From positions 99,014,001 through 99,078,000 of the forward strand of contig NC_043006.1 of assembly GCF_006345805.1 (NCBI RefSeq): a DNA stretch of 64,000 nt, read 5' to 3'. Of this stretch, positions 39,482 through 57,695 are shown piece by piece (the first letter of the stretch is position 1; each line of letters opens with the position of its first letter). This stretch comes from Octopus sinensis. Taxonomy: Eukaryota. The position numbers and the translations under genes were made by a program. A model generated the notes under the pieces. The model saw nothing but the letters and a program-made list of their open reading frames with translations. It did no database searches and was not told where the DNA came from.

Positions 39482-41334
39482 TACTATGTGTAACGAGAAC
39501 CGATTTGATTCTCAGATCTTAATATACACAGTGAAAATAACGATTTTTAAAAATGAATATTGAAATATTGAATTATATATCCGACCGATTTTTGTTTAAA
39601 ATTCCCGTAAGACTGATTCACTCAAATGAGGCTGTTTACTTAATGAATGAAAACTCTACAAATTACCCGCAACAGATTCTATCTGCTTTTAATATTCTTC
39701 GACTTCAGATATTCTTGATATGTTCAGTTGAGTGCCAGAAAATTTATTTCAATTTAATTTTTTGTGATGTTCGCAATTAATCAGGAATTTGCTAAATCAA
39801 ATTACTTCAAGTCTTTACTGGAAATATTTAAGCTATTTAATATATCGTTTTTTTACATCTACAACGAGATGTATGTCATTTTGTCGCATGCAGCAATCAA
39901 CCCATTGGTTTATATATAAGTTCGTAGACGACTAGACGATACGTGTTTAAGATGTTAGCTGTGCAACGACGTGGTTCCAAATTACATCTGCTAACACCTT
40001 TTGTTGGACCAATAACTTGAGACTGGAATTTTGTACACGGGTACATACAAGCTCGTTGTATATAGAAATATACGTAAGTGGGTTAAAATGTAATACCTAC
40101 TTATATGTCTGCACAAGGATATTATAATACACAAATAAGGGCGGTTTTAATACTGCCATTGCAACGAGTTACAACTATCTCTTTTCACATTCCTCAACAG
40201 GAATGAAATGAACGAGTGATCCCCCTACACCTTACAAACCTGCGTCGTTGTAAATGACACCATTTTCCACACCTTTGCGATACATTGGGGGAATATGTAA
40301 AATAGAGTAACAATCGATTTTAGGCAACTCTAATTTGTAGCATATTTAATGCAGTGCAATATGGTATTATGGAGAATTATAAAATGATTTCCTGTTTAAT
40401 GAGATTAACATCGAAACCAATTTGGCGTTACTACATTAATTTAATGTCAAGTAGGTAATAACTGCAATTGGCTAAAGTCTGAAAATGCTTTTAATGAGAT
40501 ATCCCATCTGATGAGTATTACATTTGGTGACAGAATCACTTGAATAGTTTCTACATAATTTTAAAATATAACATTTAAATGTAATATCATTCATTATACC
40601 TGATGCCAAAGGTAATACTCTGTATACAAAAAATTTCAACTTATGTTGTGAAACTGCTAAATTCATTCAATACAAGATAAAATATTCTATATGCTAATAA
40701 ATTCATGTAATTGTGCAAATTGTCACAAATAGGAAATTCGTCTGAAATCCTAGATTTATAAATCAGAGCTAAATTCGTTAAAATAGTTATATATTTCCCT
40801 ACAAATGTTTAAAGAAACAGAATAGCAAATGAGAGCGTAATTTTCAGTACATTTCCTTCGATTCCTTAAAAAAAAGAGCTAAGCACTGGCAGAGAACTAT
40901 GGGAATCAAATGAAATAAACAAATATATTAAAAATTGTGTTACGTCAGTATGGCCACATGAAGTGATTATTAAATGGAAGCAGTCATTTCATTGAGTTCG
41001 TTCAAATGTTTTGGCAATATTTTGGTAACTTATTTGCTTTGTGCGTCAAATTACAACAAAGGCAACCTAGCATTGAAAACAGAGGCCACGTGTTGCGCTG
41101 TCTGAAAAGCACCTTTTTGTCAGGTCTTTGCTCCCAGCATGATAGCATTTCTTGACCATTTTTGCTTAGTAGGCTTGCAAAATCTTCTGGTGTTTGTATG
41201 ACTGTGTGTGCGTGTGTGTCTATGTAAATATATTTCACACCACTCATAGGAAGGCTGCAACCCCCAAAAATATAGAAGCAATATTATATACATGTGTGTG
41301 TGTGTGTGTGTATGTATATATATATATATATATA

Positions 41335-41759
41335 GGCGCAGGAGTGGCTGTGTGGTAAGTAGCTTGTTTACCAGCCACATGGTTCCGGGTTCAGTCCCAC
41401 TGCGTGGCACCTTGGGCAAGAGTCTTCTACTATAGCCTCGGGCCGACCAAAGCCTTGTGAGTGGATTTGGTAGACGGAAACTGAAAGAAGCCCGTGTTAT
41501 ATATGTATATATATATGTATGTGTTTGTGTATGTGTGTGTGTTTGCGTGTCTGTGTTTGTCCCCCTAGCATTGCTTGACAACCGATACTGGTGTGTTTAT
41601 GTCCCTGTCACTTAGCGGTTCGGCCCAAGAGACCGTTAGAATAAGTACTGGGCTTACAAAGAATAAGTCCCGGGGTCGAGTTGCTCGATTAAAGGCGGTA
41701 CTCCAGCATGGCCGCAGTCAAATGACTGAGACAAGTAAAAGAATAAAAGAGTAAAAGAG
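41335..41759 (+). mobile_element. SINE family A, full length, inside (TA)n
   Basis: ggcgcaggagtggctgtgtggtaag...taaaagag, with (TA)n on both sides. Confidence 0.92.
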
Positions 41760-42167
41760 TATATATATATATATATATACACAAATGAAGTATAAGGAAA
41801 GGAAAACATGTAAGTGTAGACGAACTTTAATTCCATTCAAATCCAAGTTGGTACAGAACCATTATGCATTCTACAAATTGTTTCGGAGTCAAATTAATTC
41901 CAAAGACAAAGACGAAAATTTCATCATGAAATACAAATTAGATTCCTCACCAGGAATTACATACTGCGACCGACAAAAATATGCGAAGACCTTTCGTAGC
42001 TCAGAATTAAACAAATATGATTGGCGGTGCCCCAGCATGGCCACAGCGCGTGAGCTGGAGCTAGATAAAATAAAATACAATAAATTAAAATAAAAAATAT
42101 ATATATGAAAGATAACAAGAATTTCAGATATTCAGAACTGGAAATATATATATATACACACACATAT

Positions 42168-42220
<53 letters not shown>

Positions 42221-42265
42221 CAATAAATGGTGGGGTTGTGTTGACCGCACGTGGAGAAATGATAA

Positions 42266-42433
42266 GCAAGGAAAAATTGTAAAAATGCAGAATGCTCGAT
42301 TGAAAGAAAATTTTAATGAAATGAGAAAATGAAAAAATATATAAATATATATATTTATATATTTTTTCATTTTCTCATTTCATTAAAATTTTCTTTCAAT
42401 CGAGCATTCTGCATTTTTACAATTTTTCCTTGC
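42266..42433. repeat. Perfect 168-bp palindrome, no spacer
   Basis: gcaaggaaaaattg...gaaaaaatatataaatata|tatatttatatattttttc...caatttttccttgc. Arms checked base by base; centre between 42349 and 42350. Confidence 0.97.
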
Positions 42434-42509
<76 letters not shown>

Positions 42510-42995
42510 CTGTGTATAAATACATATATATACATATGCACATAAACGCATTTGTATAAATATATATATATACATATATATATATACATACACACACCCA
42601 CGCACAGGTACCCTCCGTCGGTTACGACGACGAGGTGCCCAGCTGATATGATCAACGGAACAGCTTGCTCGTGTAAATAACAAGCAAGTGGCTGAGCATT
42701 AGACAATCCCGTGTACCCTTAACGTAGTTCTGAGTGAGATTCATCGTGACACAGAGTGTAATAAGGCCGACAGTGTGTGATAAATTTGGGAACAGAAACA
42801 GGAGAGTGGAGACATGCAGGTAAACGGGACGAAAACAGCCATGGAGGGTCGTTAGACCAGAACCAGGGGAAAGATAGTGAACGTTGGAGGAAATATTTTC
42901 TTTCAAAACTGAAAAGATAGAAGAGAGAGATAGACGAGTCCAGTCCTTAGAACGTCCGTGCAGGAAAAAAAACGATGGTTACGTGTGAGAGAAAA

Positions 42996-43395
42996 GGCGG
43001 CGAGCTGGCAGAAACGTTAGCACGCCTGGCGAAATGCTTAGCGGTATTTCGTCTGCGTTACGTTGTGAGTTCAAATTCCGCCGAGGTCGACTTTGCCTTT
43101 CATCCTTTCGGGGTCGATAAATTAAGTACCAGTTACGTACTGGTGTCGATATAATCGACTTAATCCGTTTGTCTGTCCTTGTTTGTCCTCTCTGTGTTTA
43201 GCCCCTTGTGGGTAGTAAAGAAATAGTTACGTTGTGAGTTCAAATTCCGCCGAGGTCGACTTTGCCTTTCATCCTTTCGGGGTCGATAAATAAAGTACCA
43301 GTTACGCACTGGGGTCGATGTAATCGACTTAATACTTACGTCTGTCCTTGTTCGTCCCCTCTGTGTTTAGCCCCTTGTGGGTAGTAAAGAAATAG
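42996..43395 (+). mobile_element. SINE family B plus a second 5'-truncated monomer, bounded by a 15-bp TSD
   Basis: acgtgtgagagaaaa at 42981-42995 and 43399-43413; second monomer at 43227-43395. Confidence 0.92.
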
Positions 43396-43550
43396 GTAAC
43401 GTGTGAGAGAAAAAGAGAAAAAGTGGAAGGGAGATAGCGAGAAAGAAAGCGGTAAAGGGGAGAAGGATGTGGCAGGAAACGGTATAGAGTTACAGTTGCA
43501 ACAAAAAGGTTAAGATATGCTTGGAAGTGGATGTGTGGCGTTCAAGTAAA

Positions 43551-43569
43551 TATGATAATGATCATGATG

Positions 43570-43623
<54 letters not shown>

Positions 43624-43721
43624 TTAATGATAATGATAATAATAATATTAATGATAATGATAATAATAATAATAATAATAATAATGATAATAACAATAAT
43701 AATAATATATTAATGATAATG

Positions 43722-43770
<49 letters not shown>

Positions 43771-43788
43771 TAATAATAATAATAATAA

Positions 43789-43821
<33 letters not shown>

Positions 43822-43837
43822 AATGAAAATAACAATG

Positions 43838-43894
<57 letters not shown>

Positions 43895-43968
43895 TTTATA
43901 ATAATGATAAAAATAAAAATAATAATAATAACAACAACAACAACAACAACAACAATAATAATAATAAA
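43551..43968. repeat. ~410-bp degenerate (AAT)n/(GAT)n/(AAC)n array
   Basis: Direct reading; the sub-unit aatattaatgataatgat recurs. Confidence 0.95.
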
Positions 43969-44503
43969 TGCAACACCAGGGAATGGCTTTCGTCGCTTCT
44001 GATCTTAACTGATTCTAAGTGTTATCATGTACAATCTTTTGTCTTGGTATAAAAGACGGGCTACAGCAAATATTCTGCTCAATACCACAGATTTGCTTGT
44101 CAGTTGTTTGACCTTAACCAGTTGAGCATGTCCCTTAGTGGCTGACTATATGTGCATCTCTGATCACGAGCAGAAGTAGTGGGGGAGCATCATAGCCATG
44201 TGTTGAGGGGTTTGAATAATTCACCTTTGGAAACATCCGGTGTTTCGTTCAACATCCCTAAACAATCTTATTTCAGGGACATTTTGAGCGGGATCGGTTA
44301 CTCGACGAGAAGAAAATTCTAAATAGGCCCCACCTGCAAGGTCATGCGCTGTTTATCTTGATATGAGATCACCATCTCGCGCACATATGATTGTGATGCA
44401 TGTGCCTAGTGTACACTTATCAGACAGGTAGTCATGATGGGTATACTGGGATCCTATATTTTAACCCAGTGTGACTTTGATAGCATGCCCTGCTCTCTCA
44501 CTC

Positions 44504-44519
44504 AATAATAATAATAATA

Positions 44520-44604
<85 letters not shown>

Positions 44605-44670
44605 AAGAAGAAGAAGAAGAAGAAGAAGAAGAAGATATATATATATATATATATTATTATTATTATTATT
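44504..44670. repeat. Compound (AAT)n-(AAG)n-(TA)n-(TTA)n microsatellite
   Basis: Direct reading. Confidence 0.95.
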
Positions 44671-44783
44671 GGACTGCAGAATTTCTATTTTGGATATATT
44701 TGGAGTACTTAATTGTGCTCATGACTTAGTGTTTGCTTCTTCCATGGGTATAAGTAAGTATTTCATTTATTCCTTTGCCGCAT

Positions 44784-44844
44784 TTATCACTGACGAAGAG
44801 AAGGTTCTTATGGACTAACTCTGAAATCGGGTCCGATATGGTAA
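44784..44844 (+). ncRNA. Type-I hammerhead ribozyme, copy 1
   Basis: ttatca CUGACGA agag..gttc-ttat-ggac..ctct GAAA; stem III atcgg-gt-ccgat; AUA triplet, predicted cleavage after 44838; stem I ttatca/tggtaa. Confidence 0.8.
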
Positions 44845-45245
44845 TAACGGGATTTTTTTCGAAATTTCTGTCGGCTTTCTTCGAGACACATGCTTACAGT
44901 GATTAATTATATGGTTATGTACGTTGTGTCTAGTTTCGTCATATCTGGCATTAGAAATTGTTTTTTTTGCCCTTGATAATAAGTTGGTTATATATTTAAC
45001 CTTTAAAGGTATTTTTTCAATATGCTGTCCATTGATAAATTTTTTTCGAAAAATATTTCATCCTATATTTGATATAAATTTAATAGTGTTCACTTCCGGA
45101 CTCTCTCACTCTTTGAGAATTTTCAGTTCGAATCGGACGTGTCTCGAATGGACTGGAGAATTTCTATTTTGGATATATTTGTGCTCATGACTTAGCGTTT
45201 GCTTCTTCTATGGGTATAAGTATTTCATTTATTCCTTGGCCGCAT

Positions 45246-45306
45246 TTATCACTGACGAAGAGAATGTTCTTATGAACTAACTCTGAAATCGGGTCTGATA
45301 TGGTAA
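45246..45306 (+). ncRNA. Type-I hammerhead ribozyme, copy 2
   Basis: Same fold with gttc-ttat-gaac and atcgg-gt-ctgat; predicted cleavage after 45300. Confidence 0.8.
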
Positions 45307-45442
45307 TAGCGGAATTTCTGTCGGCTTTCGTCGAGGCATGTGCTTATAGTGATTCAATTATATGTTTATGGATGTTGTGTCTAGTTTCGGCATTAGAAAT
45401 ATTTGACATTAGAAATTTTTTTCTGCTGCCCTTGTTTATAAG

Positions 45443-45486
<44 letters not shown>

Positions 45487-45730
45487 GGGTGTGTGTTAAC
45501 ACACAAATTCATATGAACATCATTAGCTTACACCAGTTCATGCTATTAGAAGCGAACTCATAATATTTGAGTGTCTGAATAATACCTTATAACCTCATCA
45601 ATCCTCAAATATTACGTGCAATTCATTTGGAAAACGTTTACTTTTATGCATATACACAGAAAAGCATTATCAATAAGAAAAGACATACGTATATGGGGAA
45701 TGGAATTCCGGAGCAGTTGTATATATATAA

Positions 45731-45770
<40 letters not shown>

Positions 45771-45969
45771 GCGCATACGCATATATATTTGTGCTTGTGC
45801 GTGTATGTGCGCGTATTGTTTTAGTTTTTTTTTAATTCTTTTACATCAGACTATCAGACTGCACAGCACCACCATGAAGAATACTATAGTAATTAATTTT
45901 TCTAAGCCTAGTGCTTACTCTATCATTCTCTTTTGCAGTACCCTTAACGTACGGGACAGAAAGACAACG

Positions 45970-46192
45970 CCGCTTGCCAAGCAGTTGTGATGGACGAGCA
46001 CAGACACGATTACATACACACATACAAACACATATACGACGGGTTTTTTTTCAGTTTGCGTCTACCAAATCCACTCTCAAGGCTTTGGATGGTGCGACGC
46101 TATAATAAAAGAGGTTTGCCGAAGATGCTACGTAGTAAGACTGAAGCCGGAACCATGCGGTTAGGAGTGAAGCTCTTTACCACACGACCACC
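45970..46192 (-). mobile_element. Degenerate SINE family A, 5' half
   Basis: tttcagtttgcgtctaccaaatccactctcaaggctttgg...ggaaccatg is the reverse complement of the family A head and body. Confidence 0.75.
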
Positions 46193-48425
46193 TGGTTGAT
46201 TTAAAGTCCAAAATACACACAAATACTCACATACACACAGGTGTAATTACACTTAAGTATTCATAGGGAGGCCGTATGTTCTATGCATACTCTTCACGTA
46301 CACACTTGAAAGCAAAAATATATTTAAATGCATTTTTCAAAACTAATCCTTTTCGATCATTTCAAAACATGAAATATTAAGAAAAAGTCCTTGGTGGTAA
46401 TATCATTTTAAAAACAATGCACACTATCAATTAAATGAACAGCTGAAATAAATCTTCTATAACTAGGGAAACTAATAAATACAGATCGAATCGAAATGTA
46501 TACACATCGATGATTTTTGAGTAATTGTAAAGCAGAGGGTGCTGGTTGAAAATAGAAAAGGGTTTACATGCTGAATATATTTAGAAAAGCAATAAAATAA
46601 GAGTTTTTATTTTCTTTTTAGAACAGGCTGGATATTACAAGTTAAAATACATCAAACGCACATGAAAAAGTTACATTTTCCATTCAGATATTGCTTTAGT
46701 GGGAGAAAATGTTTTTTGAAACAGCATTGCACTGACGCCATTGCGTCAGATATATTGTTTTATATAAAAGCATGGCTTTTTTCTCTGTTATAATATATTT
46801 TCAACATGAACACAAATGCGTGGTATCACTTTCACTCAACAGTTGAATGGATTGAATCTCGTCCAGGGAAAAAATGTGCCTTTTTATTGAAAGCTTTTAT
46901 ACATTCTCAGTCCTCTTTGATATACAGTAATATGTGTAGCATTCGATTATCTAATCGACGAAATAACGAACTTTCCGAGCGATATATGTTTTCCTTATTC
47001 ACAGGTGAAAAATTTAAATCTGCAACTGTGAGCTAATGTTTGTAAAAATCAATATTCTTTTTTAAATCGATGATTGCAACCTGGAATATCCAGCTGAAGA
47101 ATATTACTCAAATATATTATGGATATATTTATGGTAACTTAAAGCAAGCTCTATAAATATAGTGAATAAAATTATACAACCTAGAGTCTATATTGATCTC
47201 TAAACGAATTTAAGCAGACCTCCCTGTTTAGAATGTTGGCATGTGCATGTATGTAGGGACGATGCAATTAAACCAAACGTAATACTTTCATCGTACATTC
47301 GTCTATCGATTTCCAGAGATATTGAACTTATGTGTGACCTTGGGAAGATTAGAACTCGAAAAAGAGAAAGGAAACAAATGAATACTTAATGTATCTGCTC
47401 CAATTTACCGGTTCACACTGCTGCCAATATATTTGTGGAAAATGTACATAATTTCTCATTGATATTATTTCAAACAACTATTCTTGCTTGCGACCCCGAG
47501 AGATTTGCAAGACAAAATGTAAATGTGTTCTGTTCCAATCCAAACGTAGACATTCATGACATATTTTGAAACTACATAAATACACCACCCGATATTCTTT
47601 TACAACATATATCAGGTACCGTGTCCTGTAAGTGTTCCAAATATTTTACTCAAATCGGACAATGCAAAAACAAATCTGATTAAAACAACTATATTTAACA
47701 CGTTAATCATCCATGTACGTTTAGCCTTGTGTCATATATAACAGTCGAACAAAACAATACAAAATGAAATAAATTGTTTATGCGTTATGAAGATATCCAC
47801 TGCTTATCTAGCATCCTGTCAGCAGTTATTGAACAGCTAGCACGTCGTGAATTTTGAGCTTTGAATATACCATTATTAACCCAGACAAGGAAATCCAATA
47901 TGATGATAATCAATATGGGATTCCATTTTGCAGATAAAAGTTTTTCAATCGATAATTTCTTTGTACAATTTTCAACACCTAAGAGACCAAATTTAGCCTC
48001 CCTTGTTTGATACATTGATATCCTTTGAAGTGAAATGCTAAGAGAGAGGTTTAATAATTTAAAAGTAACATATCATATGCTTTAGGTTTCAAAACATTTG
48101 ATGACATATGCCATTCGCCACTATTCAGGATACATTATAACGAAGTGACGTTCACATTTAAGTGGTTGACTATATTTCTGAAGGGTAGATTGCCATGAAA
48201 CTAAGAGATTCGCTCTCGTTTTGATAATTCCATTCAAAGTGCACAAATGTTCTATCGTTTCAGTGCCTTTGGAGAAAATGACATCAAAAGCAATTATAAC
48301 ATTATATTTTCCGTTGACTAAACACCGTTCCTCTCTAACATACATAATATATGTGTGTGTATCTGCGCGTGTATTAACACATATACGCACACACATATCC
48401 ATACATATACATATGCACACTCATA

Positions 48426-48473
<48 letters not shown>

Positions 48474-48475
<2 letters not shown>

Positions 48476-48627
48476 CGCGGTGATTGATACTTGGTTAAGG
48501 AGCTCGATTTCCATCCACGTCGTTTTGGGTTCTGTCCTTGGGCGAATATATCTTATAATTTGGTCCAGAGCTGACCAGTATTTTGTGATTGAATTTGGTA
48601 ATCGGGACCAATATAGAAGCCCGTCGT
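48474..48627 (+). mobile_element. Degenerate SINE family A, 5' half
   Basis: ggcgcggtgatt...ccttgggcgaa...gaatttggta...agaagcccgtcg, between (TA)n tracts. Confidence 0.65.
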
Positions 48628-48634
48628 GTGTGTG

Positions 48635-48681
<47 letters not shown>

Positions 48682-48848
48682 CCGTCCGAAGGAATGAACC
48701 CATGGATATGATCCAACCTATATCTATGGATATTACAGCCTGTACAGTAATTATTCCAGGAATACGAACTGTGATCTTAACAAATATGTGAATTGTGTAA
48801 ACGCGTATGGTGATGCATTAAAATACCTAAAAGTTCCAGCTATAGATC

Positions 48849-48918
<70 letters not shown>

Positions 48919-49829
48919 TTAAGGCGGCTGGACGTGACAGAGGATGGACGTATTTTTACGATGCTCTGAACTGGCAACAGCGAACCCAGCAGGTCAACTG
49001 TAGAAAACTGGAAGATCTACTGTTTTCTGTAAGTAATTTGAATTACCCTCAAAATAAGTAAAAAAAAAAACTTACATATCTACAGCTCATACAAACGTAC
49101 ACCTAACAAGAAAAATTAGAAACATAAATATCTCCAATTCTGTGTGAACATTTACATTTAGTCGTCTCTCATGACTATAAGAATGTGTAAAATTGCCTTT
49201 TAAATTACCTTTTATTGTTACAACACAATTAAATGCACGATAAAAAGTTATGGAATTAAGCACCTACTACTATATACATACAACTGAATTCAGAAATTTA
49301 AAAATATATACATAACATTGAACTCAGAAAGTTATTTAAAAAAAAAAGAAAAAAAAAATCTTCGACGAAAACATCAGATAATATGTGTGAGTGAATATAC
49401 ATATATATACATATACATATGCATGTGGTGAAGAAGAAAAGAGAAAGGGAAAAAAAAAAAAAATAAATAAACGTAAACAGGTTTGACCTTTTACTGACCA
49501 TTAACGTCCTTTGTCTCCACCATCTACCGTGGCTATTTATAGACCCAAAGAACATGAATTCTTTAACCACCCATTCTCCAACACAATGGAGTGTTGATGG
49601 TGGCTGTGGCTACACATTGAAGATGAGGATGGTGATGGTGATGTTGCTGATGATGGTGATGGTGGTGAAGATGATAGTAATAACAATAATAACTGACAGA
49701 TCCCGTCTTTTTCCCTTTCTTTTCGTTTCCTTCTCCGTATTTTATTCTCATTATTTCGAACTAATACAGACACAGTAAGCCTTGAAGAAAGGAAGAGGAC
49801 GAAAGGAGGGAAAAAAAAAAAAAAAAAAA

Positions 49830-53989
<4,160 letters not shown>

Positions 53990-54962
53990 CAGTAGTTTTA
54001 TTTTTATAGCGTGCTTTCACTTCACTACCGAGCGCAGCTCTGTGTGCCTTGGGTATGTGCTGTGATTTGTCGTGATGCTCTGATGGTTATTGCATGGAAA
54101 GTGTTCTGCGTAGGATGTGTGCAGTGCCTAGTAGTGCAATTTTCTGTATGTTATATGTGTTTGTAAGTCCTGGTGTTTTTGTTATGTATTTGTCTGAATA
54201 TTTTTTTATCATGCCTAATGCACCTACTATGATAGGAATTGTTTCTGTTTTCAGATTCCACATTCTAGTTACCTCTATTTCCAGGTCTTTGTATTTTGAA
54301 AGTTTCTCCATTTCTTTTAGAGACACGTTGTCATCAGCCGGTATTGATACATCAATTAGAAAGCATTGTTTTTCTTCATGGTCTCTGACAACTATATCTA
54401 GTCTGTTGGTCTTAATTTTTCTATCTGTGTGTATCGGCATATCCCAGAGTATGGTTGCTTTCTCGTTTTCTGTGACCTTTTCTGGTGTGTGCCTATACCA
54501 TCTTTTTTCTGTTGTTATTCCATAATGTTGGCATAGCTTCCAATGTATGTAGGTTCCAACTCTGTCATGTCTGTGAATATATTCCTTCTTAGCCAGGACT
54601 GGGCAGCTAGAGATAATATGATTTATTGTTTCTTGTCCATCTCCACATATTCTGCAGTTACTTGTAATATTTCTTTTCATTACATTTTTTTGGTAATTTC
54701 TGGCGTTGGTCTTGTGCTGCAATTAAAAATATCTGGCTTTGGTCTTGTGCTGCAATTAAAAATCCCTCTGTCTCTGCTTTGAGTCCTGAGCTTCTCAACC
54801 ATTGCTGGGATTTTTCTTTGTCTATTTCTTTTGCGTTTAGCTTAGTTTAGTCCAGTATTTACCATATCGTTTTATCATGGTTCGTTGCTGTTCTATTTTT
54901 AGTTTGGATTTCATTTGTTTTATAGCTTTTGTTGTTTCTTCATCTTGTTGTGTCTTCTTCTT
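53990..54962 (-). mobile_element. 5'-truncated R4-clade LINE, family 2
   Basis: Closely similar to 6835-7770. ORF 54087-54722 has CRICGDGQETINHIISSC, RHD, LIDVSIP and KLSKY. Carries a local ~35-bp tandem duplication (about 54701-54770). (TAA)n on both sides. Confidence 0.95.
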
Positions 54963-57059
54963 CTTATTATTATTATTAATATTATTAATATTATTATTAT
55001 TATGTGTATCCCATATTATATCGGCACACCTGAGTGCGACCCCAAATTGGGTATTGCCAGTTGGTACCACTATGCTGTAAGCTGCATGACAAAATAGATT
55101 TTATATGTATGTCCAAAAGCCTTTCACGTAAGCAATATTAAAGGATATATATATACAAAAATCACAAGCATTACTTCCTCATCTAACAAACAAACATATT
55201 ATGATATTTATAATTGTGATTGTAGGTTTAAAATAATTGTTTGTTTAGAAATTCTTGTAAAAAATGTAATATAGCAATGTACAGTTATTACACAAGATAA
55301 AAAACATACTTATATAGGTACGACAGAGAATGCAATTAAAAAACCTGTCACGAACCTCTTACACTCGTTTAAGAGTTGAGTGAAATCTAATTCTAATGGT
55401 TTAAATAAATTTATATGGCAATTAACTGATAAGACTATTGAATTTGATCTTAAAGAGGATATAACTCCTTCCGTACCAATTTTTAAAAGGTCAACAATAA
55501 TAAATGTTTTCTATGTATAACGGCGGCATAAAATATTATTTTGTCTAGAACTACCCTACGCAACTTCAGAGACGAGAAATGTAGTTCTGGTGTTTACGGG
55601 GGAAAATACGTGTTTTCAAATTCAAATCAAAGATTTGTTGTATATCTCACTAGCACACACACTCCTAACCCCTAGCTCAATTACTATTATTGAATTTTAT
55701 CTGATATGCGATACAATTACCTCTACACTATTTTACAGTCAACACTAAAATTAGTTTATATTTATATAACTAAGGTATTATTTATTCTTTCCTCCAGGAA
55801 TATTAAATTCTTTTAAATGAGAAAAACATTGAATATACTCTCGTGGAAATATAAGTAAGTTTTAAATTTAATTATGTATTTAATTAATTAATTATTTAAT
55901 TATATAATTATTTATTACCTTCCTCACTACAATTAATTTAATATCGTCCTCATTAGATTGCTTGTACAGACATCTACAATCGCTAACAAACCCCCACTAA
56001 TTCTTACGTAACAAATAAAATTTTATATTAACATTAATATCCAATTCTATTATAATCTTATTACACGAACGTCTTCACATAATATTATAATAATCAATTC
56101 GACTGTTTAACAAATTGTACACACAATGAATTTTGTTTACCAATAACTTACCTTACACAGTTACTAACTTTTCGATCAGTTATCAAATATTACAGCATTG
56201 GATAGCTACACTATCAGGTAATATTTGTACCTGTCATTTTCCATATAATCATTTTTACTAACAGCCTGATACATCTTTAACTGCAAATTAACACATGATA
56301 TGCAAACATTCTTACATTTGTATATGTTCAATTTTCATAAATTCAATTTTCCATCTTATATTCTTCTATATGTATCTATTTTTATTTACAATTTAATTTT
56401 TATTATTTTGAATATTACTATATTATACATCCACTAATAATATGCCTAGTATCTTTTTTGTAACAAAACTATTATAAAGCTCACGAGAAACTTTCTAACG
56501 ATAAATGAATATTGGACAAAGTATTATTGCTCTAAGTGCTGTATTAGATTTTATTATAAATTTTTTTTTTAACTCTCAAACTTTGTAACACATACATAAT
56601 TTCCATTAATATTCACATAACTACATTTAATTTATTATCATATTTACAAATTATTCATAATTAAATAATGAATATGAAACCATATTATTATATCATCATG
56701 ATCTTATTATATTTATTCATTTATCTATTAATCTATTTGTTATATGTAACTGTGTATTTGAATAAAGTTTTATATTTGTAAACAAGTGTGTATAGCTGTT
56801 TCCACTGTAAAATTAATTTGCATAATTATGTATGCCTGAGTATTAACATATGTGAACACATGCGTCTATATAGATATCGACATATGTAGAGATTTATGTG
56901 CACGTGAATATATTACGTGTATTATAATTTTCCGCATTTTGTTATATATATTTGTATATATGGATGGGAATGAAAGTATACATATACCTATTAATTTATA
57001 TGTATGTTTCTAGTTGAATACACGCCCTTATATGCATATAATGTATATATAGATATCCT

Positions 57060-57448
57060 TTTCCACTCTAGGCACAGGGCTTTTATCACAGGGGTAGCAG
57101 TCAATTAGATCGACACCACCACACAACTGGTACTTAAATTATCGACCTCCGAAAAGGTGAAAGGCAAAATCGACTTTGCCGGAATTTGAACTCAGAACGT
57201 AGCCGCAGACGAAATACCAATTTCTTTACTACCCACAAGGGGCTAAACACAGAGACGACAAACAAGACAGACAAACGGATTAAGTCGATTATACCGACGC
57301 CAGTGCGTAACTGGTACTTATTTAATCGGCCCCGAAAGGATAAAAGGCAAAGTCGACCGCGGTGGAATTTGAACTCAGAACGTAACGGCAGACGAAATAC
57401 CGCTAAGCATTTCGCCCGGCACACTAACGTTTCTGCCAGCTCGCCGCC
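57060..57448 (-). mobile_element. SINE family B dimer
   Basis: Complete monomer 57219-57448; 5'-truncated monomer with a different tail at 57060-57218. Confidence 0.88.
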
Positions 57449-57647
57449 TTAGTATATATATATTCGAGTCTATGTAAATGTGAGTATATGTATATAGTAG
57501 TGCGTGTGCGCTTTTGATAGGTATACTCAATTATATATGGATCATTTAGTGCGTACATTGATAAGGAAATGTTTATACTTATTACGTATTTATTATTCAA
57601 TTAATTTATGTCTGTTCTTGATAGTTTAAAACACACACACATAATGT

Positions 57648-57695
<48 letters not shown>

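Larger units (their letters stand above)
44671..45442 (+). mobile_element. ~480-bp-period repeat with two ~300-bp direct repeats, each carrying a hammerhead (retrozyme or PLE terminal-repeat-like)
   Basis: 44671-44985 is homologous to 45151-45442 (ggactg.agaatttctattttggatatattt...ttgtgtctagtttcg..). No recognisable ORF. Confidence 0.7.
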
